64,000 nt of DNA, from assembly GCA_905236355.1 (NCBI GenBank), contig CAJOPG010000134.1:4595-68594 (forward strand), given 5' to 3'. This document shows positions 19,529-28,145 of the stretch, piece after piece. A program made the translations under genes and the position numbers. The DNA is from Paludibacteraceae bacterium. Lineage in GTDB: Bacteria > Bacteroidota > Bacteroidia > Bacteroidales > Paludibacteraceae. Below the pieces are notes generated by a model. The model did no database searches and was not told the origin of the DNA. It saw only the letters and a list, made by a program, of their open reading frames with translations. Numbering within the stretch: position 1 is the first letter of the stretch; each line of letters starts with the position of its first letter.

Positions 19529-20539
19529 TTATAGCCGTTGACGGCGCCTGAGTTGTTGTATATAAAAAGCCACATTAAGCGTTTGTTGTGCGGCTTCCGC
19601 CCCTTTGGACTGTAAGAAATGTGTCTGTGCTTTTTTCGCCCAACTGATGGCCGCCTCAAAATCGTCCTGCAACTCACAGGCAACGGCGATATCAGCGGCG
19701 GCATAAGCCCTTGTCAGACGATTATCGGTTGCATTATAGACTTTTTCCCATTCCTGTTGTGCCTGTTGCCATCGGCGGAGAGAGAGTTGTTGGAATCCAC
19801 TTCGCAACAATCTCTTATTGTCCTCATAAAAATAGCGATCTTCCTGTTGCCATGCCGACAAGAATTGCTGCCCGAAACGCTCGCCGGCATAGGCCGCAAA
19901 ATCAAGCAATGCGGTTTGACGGTCAGGTAGTTGTGCTATAGCCTCAGAAGGCACATCACCTTTCCCTTCCCAATAAAGTGTATCCGCAAAGACATATTGC
20001 TGTTTGTTGCCCTCAATGGTCTGTGCGGTCCAGCGGGACATAAGGTAGACCTCCAAGTAGGCATAATAGTCATCCGACATTGTAAGGTAACAGTCGGTTT
20101 TGTCGTAAAGAATAAGTTTATCCAAAGACAGCACCTCGTTGGATGTATAGTCTGCCATCCATTGTGCAGCCTCTTGCGCCGAGGGGAGAGTACTGCCATA
20201 AATGCTCTCTGAACTGTTTTGTGAGACAGGAAGCAACGCCACAGAAGCCAATGTACTCTGATAATCAAGCACCTCGCTCAGCGCAAACAGCATGCGCTCC
20301 GCCGCCATGCCTAAATCAACTGCCACACTGCCTGCACTCTGCCCATTCTGCAAAACAACATGTCCATACTCCGCAGGTTGAGCAACAGAATAGTTGACAA
20401 TCAACAAATCGGCATAAGCATCGGGCAATACCTTGGCGGGGTGATGCAAAACATCAATAGTAGTATGCCACTGTTGTGCCGAAACAACCGTAGCAAGCGC
20501 TAACACACAAAACAATATTACCCGTCTTTGCCCGTCCAT
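19529..20539 (-). CDS. Secreted protein of unknown function with a helical (TPR-like) C-terminal part
   Basis: 336 aa. Signal peptide MDGQRRVILFCVLALATVVSA|QQ. The C-terminal AYAAADIAVACELQDDFEAAISWAKKAQ looks helical-repeat-like. Its stop lies 18 nt before the next gene. Confidence 0.6.
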   Translation of the reverse strand: MDGQRRVILFCVLALATVVSAQQWHTTIDVLHHPAKVLPDAYADLLIVNYSVAQPAEYGHVVLQNGQSAGSVAVDLGMAAERMLFALSEVLDYQSTLASVALLPVSQNSSESIYGSTLPSAQEAAQWMADYTSNEVLSLDKLILYDKTDCYLTMSDDYYAYLEVYLMSRWTAQTIEGNKQQYVFADTLYWEGKGDVPSEAIAQLPDRQTALLDFAAYAGERFGQQFLSAWQQEDRYFYEDNKRLLRSGFQQLSLRRWQQAQQEWEKVYNATDNRLTRAYAAADIAVACELQDDFEAAISWAKKAQTHFLQSKGAEAAQQTLNVAFYIQQLRRRQRL

Positions 20540-20561
20540 AAGCGTTCTGCATTATCGACTG

Positions 20562-20569
20562 CAAAGATA
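20562..20569 (-). promoter_or_regulatory. -7 box TAnnTTTG for 19529..20539 and the downstream gene
   Basis: The minus strand reads TATCTTTG (plus strand caaagata), 23 nt upstream of ATG 20539. Confidence 0.45.
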
Positions 20570-20608
20570 GGTAAAATTGTCGGATAGCCCAAATAAAAGT
20601 ACGGGTAA

Positions 20609-21196
20609 TTATTCGGCTACTTTCAACTCACCTTTGTCCGATCCTACTTTTCCGGGCTGCATGGGTTTGGCATGAGGACCATTGAGAGGCCGATCGGTTT
20701 TAAACCGCTCTTCTTTTACCGGTCGTTCACGAAAGTCGGGTCTTCCTTGCTGTACTTCACCGCGCTGTTGGCGGATATCACCTTCGCCTCGTTGATGGCA
20801 ATTTTGCCCTTGTGCACGGCATTCTTCCATCAACTTGGTGTATTGCTCAAACTGCGCATCATTCAGTATCTTCTTCATCTTTTTCTCATGCTGAGCGCGC
20901 TGTTTCTCACGCTCGGCCTCTTTCTTCTTCTTTTCTTCAGCAATGCGCTGTTCCTGAGCCTTCGCCTCTTCTACAAACAATTTATATACCTGTTCATACT
21001 GTTTGTCGTCCAATGCCAACTTGCTTTGCAACTTCTCTGCATGGCGTTTTGCTTTTTCTTCGGCAGAAGGACGCTGCTGGGACTGCTCTTGTCTGCCTTT
21101 CCCTTCTCGCTGACCCTGAGGCCTTCCTTTCTCGGTTTGTGCGGAAATACCGGTTACCGCTGCGCACATCATAAGTGCTAATACAATCTTCTTCAT
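20609..21196 (-). CDS. Secreted K/E/Q-rich protein, possibly a Spy/CpxP-like (LTxxQ-type) periplasmic protein (tentative)
   Basis: 195 aa. Signal peptide MKKIVLALMMCAAVTGISA|Q. Repeated L.L(D/N)D.Q(Y/F)EQ motifs (LALDDKQYEQVYKL, ILNDAQFEQYTKL). Highly charged and low in complexity. Confidence 0.5.
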   Translation of the reverse strand: MKKIVLALMMCAAVTGISAQTEKGRPQGQREGKGRQEQSQQRPSAEEKAKRHAEKLQSKLALDDKQYEQVYKLFVEEAKAQEQRIAEEKKKKEAEREKQRAQHEKKMKKILNDAQFEQYTKLMEECRAQGQNCHQRGEGDIRQQRGEVQQGRPDFRERPVKEERFKTDRPLNGPHAKPMQPGKVGSDKGELKVAE

Positions 21197-21329
21197 AACA
21201 TTCTTGATTTAACAGGTTAAATGTTTAGGGTTAATTTCATTCATAAATATAGTTTCAAACACCGTGCCAAAACACTAAACGTTTACTGTACAGTGTTTTA
21301 CCGAATAGCACATCTTTCTATTCCGACTA

Positions 21330-22337
21330 TTATTTAACTCTATTGACGGCGTAATCAGCAAGGGCAATGAGCGAGGAAAGCAAGCGGTCGGTCAGCGTGT
21401 CATGTTGGGGGCGTACGGCCGACTGAAGTGCATTGACAGCCATATTATAATGCTCTTGCATCTTTCTGCGGGCATAGCGGATACCATCATATCGAAGAAC
21501 GAAAGAATGGATGTCCTGTTCTGCATCAAAATTTATAGGACCACGCAAAAGCGACAATATCCTTCTGCGCTCATCCTGAGTGGCGCGCTGAAGTGAAACA
21601 AGCAACGGAAGCGTGATTTTGCCTTCCCTAATGTCACCCATTGTAGGCTTGCCAAGTTCCTCCGAATCAGAAAAGTCAAGGATGTCGTCTTGCATCTGAA
21701 AACAGATGCCGAGATGTTCTCCATAGGTCGTCAGTGCCGTTTCCTGACGCAAAGTAGCACCGGCCGACACCGCCCCTGCCTCTGCGCATGCAGAAAACAA
21801 ACGGGCAGTCTTGTTCTCTATCACAGAAAAATACTGCCTCTCAGAAAGCAGGTCTGCAGACGAATAGAATTCCTCGCTATGTTCCAACTGCAACAATTCG
21901 CCACCCGCCAACGCCTTGCCCATATCCGACACAATATTCAGTATCCTGACATTACGCAACGAGGCTACCAATTCTATCACCTTGGAGAGCATAAAATCAC
22001 CTACCAATATCGCCACCTTATTATTCCATTGTTTATGCACAGTAGGCATTCCACGGCGCATATCGCTGTTGTCCACTACATCGTCATGCAGCAGAGAAGC
22101 CGTATGCAACAGCTCCAATGCCACTGCCGTCTTTATCGTCTTCTCGTTGATTTCGCCGCACAATTTGGCACACAGCAGCACTATCATGGGGCGCATTTGC
22201 TTGCCACGCCTTGCCAACAACGATGACAACACCTCTCTCAGCAAAGGATTATCAGTGCGCAATACGCGCTCATACTCCTCCTCAAAAAGACGGAACTCAC
22301 TCCTGATAGGACTCAATATCTTTTCCTGAATATCCAC
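21330..22337 (-). CDS. ispB: Long-chain polyprenyl (octaprenyl-type) diphosphate synthase
   Basis: 335 aa. Aspartate-rich motifs LLHDDVVDNSDMRRG and FQMQDDILDF. The GTG start overlaps the upstream TAG by 1 nt. Confidence 0.85.
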   Translation of the reverse strand: MDIQEKILSPIRSEFRLFEEEYERVLRTDNPLLREVLSSLLARRGKQMRPMIVLLCAKLCGEINEKTIKTAVALELLHTASLLHDDVVDNSDMRRGMPTVHKQWNNKVAILVGDFMLSKVIELVASLRNVRILNIVSDMGKALAGGELLQLEHSEEFYSSADLLSERQYFSVIENKTARLFSACAEAGAVSAGATLRQETALTTYGEHLGICFQMQDDILDFSDSEELGKPTMGDIREGKITLPLLVSLQRATQDERRRILSLLRGPINFDAEQDIHSFVLRYDGIRYARRKMQEHYNMAVNALQSAVRPQHDTLTDRLLSSLIALADYAVNRVK

Positions 22338-22996
22338 TAAACATTCTCTGTTAGTTGCTGCAAGCGTATCTCCACCTCTTTCCGCAGCCTGTTCTGCAAA
22401 ACCGTATCATGCACCTCGTTGATAATATCTTCTATAAAAGCATTAACCAGCAACCATCTTGCCTGTGCCGCTGACAATCCGCGCTGACGCATATAAAACA
22501 ATGCATGCTCATCCAACTGACCCGTTGTCGCACCATGAGAAGCCTTTACATCATCCGCATAAATTTCCAACTGCGGCAGCGTGCGCATCTTTGCCCCATC
22601 TGACAATATAAGATTTCTATCGGTTTGAGTCGCTGATGTCTGCTGCGCATCAGGTGCAATCTTCAGACATCCCTCAAAATACCCCCGGGCTTTACCCCCC
22701 AATACATATTTAAACAACTGCTCTGACCTTCCTTTGCCCTTATCATGCAATAAGAAAGTGCGATTGCTCACATTTGTTTCGCCGCCGGCTATCACCATCC
22801 CGTATATTTCGGTCTCGCAACCTTCCTGCCGATGCTCCACTCTAATGCAATTGTCCGCATTGGCCGCATCATAATTTATCAACACCAAACGCAACCTCGA
22901 CCCCGCTTGCTGCACAATATGCAAATCAAGAGCATGCTCGTTAAGCAAAACACGCTCCAACGCTTCACCGGCCCCTATCTCTAATCGTTCTGCCAT
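22337..22996 (-). CDS. sufD: Short SufB/SufD-family Fe-S assembly protein (SufD-like, 219 aa)
   Basis: Core motifs QLEIYADDVKASHGATTGQLDEHALFYMRQRGLSAAQARWLLVNAF. It abuts the sufC stop with no gap. It is about half the length I expect for SufD. Confidence 0.7.
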   Translation of the reverse strand: MAERLEIGAGEALERVLLNEHALDLHIVQQAGSRLRLVLINYDAANADNCIRVEHRQEGCETEIYGMVIAGGETNVSNRTFLLHDKGKGRSEQLFKYVLGGKARGYFEGCLKIAPDAQQTSATQTDRNLILSDGAKMRTLPQLEIYADDVKASHGATTGQLDEHALFYMRQRGLSAAQARWLLVNAFIEDIINEVHDTVLQNRLRKEVEIRLQQLTENV

Positions 22997-23752
22997 CTAT
23001 TCCACAATACCGTCAAACCCTTTCAAATCTATTTCCTTTGCCAAATCCGCTCCACCCGAACGCACTATTCTGCCTGCCGACAACACATGCACATAGTCCG
23101 GCTGAATATACTCTAATAGACGCTCATAATGAGTGATGACAATAGCTGAGGTATCAGCCTTCCTTATCTTATTAAAACCCTCCGCCACCACACGCAAAGC
23201 ATCTACATCCAAACCGGAATCCGTCTCGTCAAGAATAGCAAAACAAGGCTCCAGCATCGCCATCTGAAATACCTCGTTCTTCTTTTTCTCTCCACCCGAA
23301 AAACCCTCGTTCACCGCACGATTCTGCATCTTGCCTGTGATACCGAGCAATGCCTCCTTCTCACGCTTCAACTTCAAAAACTCCGTTGCCGACAATGCCT
23401 CCTTGCCCTCGTATGCACGCTTCTCATTAACGGCAGTGCGCATAAAGTTCACCATACTGACACCGGGTATCTCCACAGGATATTGAAACGAGAGAAAAAT
23501 ACCTTCCCGTGCCCGTTGCTCCGGGGGCATCTTGAGCAAATCTTTACCCTTAAAAACAATACTTCCAGCCGTTACCTCGTAGGCAGGATTGCCCGTTAGA
23601 ACAGCACTCAAAGTACTCTTTCCTGCTCCATTGGGCCCCATGATGGCATGCACCTCGCCTGCACCTATCGTCAAATCCACTCCACGCAAAATCTCTTTGC
23701 CCCCTACTGAAGCATGCAAACCTCGTATATCAAGCATCAATTCCTTTTCCAT
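22997..23752 (-). CDS. sufC: Fe-S cluster assembly ATPase SufC
   Basis: 251 aa. Walker [10 protein letters not shown], signature FSGGEKKKNE, Walker B AILDETDSGLD. Confidence 0.92.
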   Translation of the reverse strand: MEKELMLDIRGLHASVGGKEILRGVDLTIGAGEVHAIMGPNGAGKSTLSAVLTGNPAYEVTAGSIVFKGKDLLKMPPEQRAREGIFLSFQYPVEIPGVSMVNFMRTAVNEKRAYEGKEALSATEFLKLKREKEALLGITGKMQNRAVNEGFSGGEKKKNEVFQMAMLEPCFAILDETDSGLDVDALRVVAEGFNKIRKADTSAIVITHYERLLEYIQPDYVHVLSAGRIVRSGGADLAKEIDLKGFDGIVE

Positions 23753-23767
23753 CTTTTTTCCTATATT

Positions 23768-24748
23768 CTATTTTCCTATCGTCATGAGTACCACTCTGCC
23801 TACTGCATCCAATGTAGCAGGCGAGATATTACGCATGTCGTCATATTGCGTATGCCACCAGTGAGCAAAACCGGTCTGAGAACGGGTGTCATAATGAATA
23901 ATGTCAACACAGGGAATGCCCGCAATCGTATTCACATAGTAATGATCATCGGTGATCGGATAGGCTAACTCATCACGAAAATATTGTGTCAAACCCTCCT
24001 TACGGGCAGTACGCCACAATTTCTCCACATACTGCTGACCATATTCCATCGAGAAATATTCCTTCGGAAATACAGCATCAGGTGCACCCACCATATCAAG
24101 CACAATGCCATACTGATACTCTTCGCGGCGATGCCGATTCCTGTTGCTCCACAACTGCGACCCCAAACACCATGTGTCCTCACGCTCCTGACCCGTATAG
24201 AAATCAGGGGTACCCATGTCCTCACAATCAAAAAACACTATATCCACCCCTCTCACACTATCACGCTTACCCAACTGGCGCGCTATCTCAAGCAACACAC
24301 CTACTCCGCTGGCACCGTCATTCGCACCAAGCACAGCCCTCTGTCTGTCCTCGTAATCTTCCTCCTGGTCCGCCCAGGGACGGCTGTCCCAATGAGCAGC
24401 AAGCAACACCTTCTTCCCCGGATTGCCAACCCCATAGTGACCTATTATATTCACTATCGGCTGCATGTCACCTTTATAATCCGGCATCTCACCTTGCTGA
24501 ACCTCTACCTCCGCACCAAAACGCTCCAACTGCCGACGAAGATACAAGGCACAATCCCGATGGGCTCCACTGCCCGGAACACGCGCACCAAAAGCAGTCT
24601 GCTCTGCCACATAACGATAAGCCGAATCAGCAGAGAACTCCACTTGCACCGCCACCGTTTCATGACCGCCTTGCGACTTGCATGAGAACAGCAACAGCAC
24701 AACCGCGAATCCTATCAACACACCGTATCCCCTTCCCGCACGCATCAT
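23768..24748 (-). CDS. M28-family lipoprotein, glutaminyl-peptide cyclotransferase-like (type II QC-like)
   Basis: 326 aa. Lipobox LLLFSC. M28/QC-like motifs AAHWDS, GANDGASGVGVLLEIARQL, VFFDCEDMG, VLDMVGA. ATGA overlap with the prs stop. Confidence 0.65.
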   Translation of the reverse strand: MMRAGRGYGVLIGFAVVLLLFSCKSQGGHETVAVQVEFSADSAYRYVAEQTAFGARVPGSGAHRDCALYLRRQLERFGAEVEVQQGEMPDYKGDMQPIVNIIGHYGVGNPGKKVLLAAHWDSRPWADQEEDYEDRQRAVLGANDGASGVGVLLEIARQLGKRDSVRGVDIVFFDCEDMGTPDFYTGQEREDTWCLGSQLWSNRNRHRREEYQYGIVLDMVGAPDAVFPKEYFSMEYGQQYVEKLWRTARKEGLTQYFRDELAYPITDDHYYVNTIAGIPCVDIIHYDTRSQTGFAHWWHTQYDDMRNISPATLDAVGRVVLMTIGK

Positions 24749-25692
24749 TTGTTCTGGTTAAATTCTGATATAGAATGATGCTCCTGTATCGCTAATATAG
24801 TATCGGCAAAAGGTTTTGCCACCGAAAGAATCTTCACCTTCGGGCAACGAGATGCATCAAAAGGAAGAGTGTCGGTAAACACAAGTTCCGTCAGAGCACT
24901 ATTCTCCACTTTTTCGCAAGCATTGCCTGACATTACGCCATGACTCACCACAGCCCTCACCGACTTGGCGCCCTGCTCCATCATTAAGTTAGCAGCCTTC
25001 GACAATGTACCCACCGTGTCCGCTATGTCATCTATGATAACCACATTCTTACCCCGTACATCACCCAATATGCGCATCTCGGCTATCTCATTAGCCTTGG
25101 CACGATTCTTATAGCACATCACCATCGGCGTTTGCAAACGAATAGCAAGCTTGGCGGCACGCTTTGAACCTCCCTCATCGGGCGACGCCACTATCAAATC
25201 CGGCAAATTAAGACTCTGTATGTAATCGGCAAAAGTGTTCAAACCATACAAGTGATCCACAGGAATATCGAAGAATCCTTGTATCTGCTCCGCATGCAAG
25301 TCCAAAGTAATAATCCTGTCACAACCTGCTACCTGAAGCATATTCGCAATCAGTTTGGCGCCTATTGATACACGGGGCTTATCCTTCCGGTCCTGACGCG
25401 CCCAACCAAAATAAGGTATCACCGCCACCACAGAACTTGCACTCGCACGACGGGCAGCATCTACCATCAACAACAACTCCAACAAATTGTCCGCACTCGG
25501 ACATGTCGGCTGTACCAAATAAACCGCCTGACCCCTCACTGATTCAGCAAACTCCGCAGCATACTCGCCGTCAGAAAAATGCTCAATATTGACACGACTT
25601 AATTTACAACCTAACTGATTGCAAATCTCTTGAGCCAAATGCTCACCACGACTGCCGGCAAATACCTTGTAACGGCGCGACTCTTCAACCAT
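24745..25692 (-). CDS. prs: Ribose-phosphate pyrophosphokinase
   Basis: 315 aa. PRPP-binding loop VVIIDDIADTVGTL and the typical KVFAGS...IEHFSDGE N-terminus. Confidence 0.93.
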   Translation of the reverse strand: MVEESRRYKVFAGSRGEHLAQEICNQLGCKLSRVNIEHFSDGEYAAEFAESVRGQAVYLVQPTCPSADNLLELLLMVDAARRASASSVVAVIPYFGWARQDRKDKPRVSIGAKLIANMLQVAGCDRIITLDLHAEQIQGFFDIPVDHLYGLNTFADYIQSLNLPDLIVASPDEGGSKRAAKLAIRLQTPMVMCYKNRAKANEIAEMRILGDVRGKNVVIIDDIADTVGTLSKAANLMMEQGAKSVRAVVSHGVMSGNACEKVENSALTELVFTDTLPFDASRCPKVKILSVAKPFADTILAIQEHHSISEFNQNK

Positions 25693-25992
25693 AAGTACTT
25701 ATTTATAATTAAGTTATACTCTTATTCACCATTCCACACAAAATGCATTCGCTTACAATCTGCAAAAGTACACTTTTTTTCAAATATACGCAACAACTCA
25801 TTTCCTTTTTCAATACCTTATGAAACAAATCTTATAAATTCCGACGGCAAAAACTCTTTAATCTCTGCAAGAAGCTTATAACAATCGGGCAAACAGAAAC
25901 ATTTTTCCATACCCCCATAGAGAATTTCAGAATAAAATAATCTCCCGTTACAACCAACACAAATACAATATCTTACCCCGCCAAACACTCCC

Positions 25993-26081
25993 AAAAACCA
26001 TTATAACTCCTTAAAAATCAGCACCCGCAAACATAAGATAAACATAAGATGAACATAACATAAACATAATATCAAAGGCCC
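25993..26081 (+). repeat. Intergenic repeat element containing four tandem 11-nt units (26029-26072); homolog of 49313-49435
   Basis: aaaaaccattataactccttaaaaatcagcacccgc AAACATAAGAT AAACATAAGAT GAACATAACAT AAACATAATAT caaaggccc. It aligns by eye with the reverse complement of 49313-49435. Confidence 0.8.
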
Positions 26082-26176
26082 GGATAAACACTTGCACGAT
26101 GAAAAAAAATCAAGCATCTGCTCTGTCTGTAAATATATCCGTTGTATCTGCAAAAAAACAATACCCAAACAAATAC

Positions 26177-26208
26177 TTTGCTAATTACAAAAAAATATAT
26201 TACCTTTG
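26177..26208 (+). promoter_or_regulatory. Bacteroidetes-type promoter for 26272..27111
   Basis: TTTG at 26177-26180, a 20-nt spacer, then TACCTTTG at 26201-26208. Confidence 0.5.
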
Positions 26209-26271
26209 TACGCTCATAGAGTGCCCCTTGGAGAAAACTCTAAAAAATAAAACATAAAACCACTACAAATT

Positions 26272-27111
26272 ATGAAAACGGATATGAAAAAAATTTGTTT
26301 GGCAGCCTTTGCTGCAATCATTACACTGACCTTGTTTGTCAATGCCGACCAAAAACCTCTTACCATTTATATGGCAGGTGATAGCACAATGGCCGACCGA
26401 GAGGACACTATTGAAACTCCCGAACGTGGGTGGGGACAAGTACTACCAACCTTCCTGAACGATAATGTCATCGTCAAAAACTACGCAAAAAACGGAAGAA
26501 GTTCCCGCTCATTCATAGAAGAAGGGCGCTGGAGTGAAATCGTCAACCAACTGCAAAAAGGAGATGTCGTTATTATACAATTCGGACACAACGACACTAA
26601 ACAGACCGACTCCGTACGCCATACCTCTATCGAACAATACCAAGCCAACTTGGAAAGCATGATAAAGCAGGCACAAAAGAAAAAAGCCAAACCCATCCTC
26701 TGCACACCTATAACTCGACGCGCTTTCAGCATGGAAACAGGGGAACTCATCAATAAACACGGGGGATATGTGGAAGCAGCAAGAAGAGTGGCTAAAGCCA
26801 CCAAAGTTCCTTTGGTTGACCTCAATCAAACAACTTCCGACTGGTTGACACAAGTGGGGGACTCCGCTTCACAACCCTACTTCGTTTATAAAATGGAACC
26901 TGGAGAATACAGCAAATACCCCGAAGGAAAAACCGACAACACACACCTGCGGGAATTGGGAGCGCTTGTTGTCGCAAGTATGTTTGCCGAAGCCGTAGAA
27001 TCACAAAAAATCAAACCCCTCAATAAATACATCAACATCCCGCAAGGCAACAACTTGACACCCGTTTACACTACCGTCTATTTGCCAGTTGATGACTCTG
27101 AAAATCAGTAA
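26272..27111 (+). CDS. SGNH/GDSL hydrolase, rhamnogalacturonan-acetylesterase-like
   Basis: 279 aa. Signal peptide. SGNH blocks MAGDSTMAD, GRSSRSF, QFGHNDT, DNTHL. Confidence 0.8.
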   Translation: MKTDMKKICLAAFAAIITLTLFVNADQKPLTIYMAGDSTMADREDTIETPERGWGQVLPTFLNDNVIVKNYAKNGRSSRSFIEEGRWSEIVNQLQKGDVVIIQFGHNDTKQTDSVRHTSIEQYQANLESMIKQAQKKKAKPILCTPITRRAFSMETGELINKHGGYVEAARRVAKATKVPLVDLNQTTSDWLTQVGDSASQPYFVYKMEPGEYSKYPEGKTDNTHLRELGALVVASMFAEAVESQKIKPLNKYINIPQGNNLTPVYTTVYLPVDDSENQ

Positions 27112-27173
27112 GTAACACTTTGACATCCGTATAATACTATACCTGCCGATTATATAACAAAAAAATAATCGCT

Positions 27174-28145
27174 ATGCTGAAAAAATCACTACAAACCTTA
27201 TTTTTCATTCTTCTTGCAGTCTCCTTTGCAAATGCGCAGAGGATAGAAAAACTACCTTATGCCGACTTTGAACATTGGACTGTCCGCTATATCAAAGAGT
27301 CAAATATAATAGGTGGGAAAACCAATGTCCTGTATGCCATCGGACCTACTGATACTATTAAGGCTAATATTCCCTTCCGCTACGGAGAAAAAGGCAATAT
27401 CTGGGGCGTGAGCAATGCATACGCCAAAGTATCCGGTGTAGAAAAGGCAAGCGGCACTCTCTACCCCGAATACAGAGATGCCAAAAACGGATACTGCTGC
27501 CGTATGGATTCCAAAATGGAAGTTGTCACCGCCTTGGGAATTATTGATATCAAGGTATTGATTTCCGGCACACTCTATACCGGTCGCGGTATCGAACCCA
27601 TCCGCACACAAAAAGACCCTTATCAGAACATCGATTTCGGCGTCAAGTTTACCAAACGCCCTTCTGCACTCATGTTCGACTATAAAGCCAAAGTATCTAC
27701 TGAAAATTTCATCTACATTGCAAAAGGAGCCGGCAAACCTAAAAAGGTAGAGGGACACGGAGAACCGCAAGCTCTTGTTGTATTGCAAAAACGTTGGGAA
27801 GATGCCAACGGGAACATCTATGCCGAACGCATCGCTACAGGATTCGAACGCTATACAAAAAGTCAAAACGAATGGATCAATGGCCATAAAATTCCCATCG
27901 TGTACGGAGACATCAGCAATACACCGCTCTTCAAACAATATGAGGCTTCCATGGGATTCCACCTGCCTATGCGGTCCATGAACTCCAAAGGCAAAATTGT
28001 GCCTGTTCAGGAAATCGGATGGGCAGCACCTAACACACAACCTACACATATCATCATCAATGTCACATCCGACTACCACGAGGCTTTCACCGGCTACGAT
28101 GGCAATAGTTTCTGGATTGACAATATATGCCTCGTTTATGATTGA
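27174..28145 (+). CDS. Secreted protein, PCMD-domain-like (putative carbohydrate metabolism domain; tentative)
   Basis: 323 aa. Signal peptide ...AVSFANA|QR. The N-terminal LPYADFEHW... pattern was recalled as PCMD-like. Confidence 0.45.
   Translation: MLKKSLQTLFFILLAVSFANAQRIEKLPYADFEHWTVRYIKESNIIGGKTNVLYAIGPTDTIKANIPFRYGEKGNIWGVSNAYAKVSGVEKASGTLYPEYRDAKNGYCCRMDSKMEVVTALGIIDIKVLISGTLYTGRGIEPIRTQKDPYQNIDFGVKFTKRPSALMFDYKAKVSTENFIYIAKGAGKPKKVEGHGEPQALVVLQKRWEDANGNIYAERIATGFERYTKSQNEWINGHKIPIVYGDISNTPLFKQYEASMGFHLPMRSMNSKGKIVPVQEIGWAAPNTQPTHIIINVTSDYHEAFTGYDGNSFWIDNICLVYD

Noticed and set aside
22337-22996. The SufD-like gene as a truncated pseudogene
   Set aside because: The frame abuts sufC and overlaps ispB without gaps or frameshifts, and it retains the conserved core. 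I treat it as a genuine short form, though unusual.
23984-24768. Two overlapping plus-strand ORFs of 233 and 260 aa
   Set aside because: They are antisense to the M28/QC-like gene. Their Pro/His/Thr-rich nonsense composition also argues against coding.
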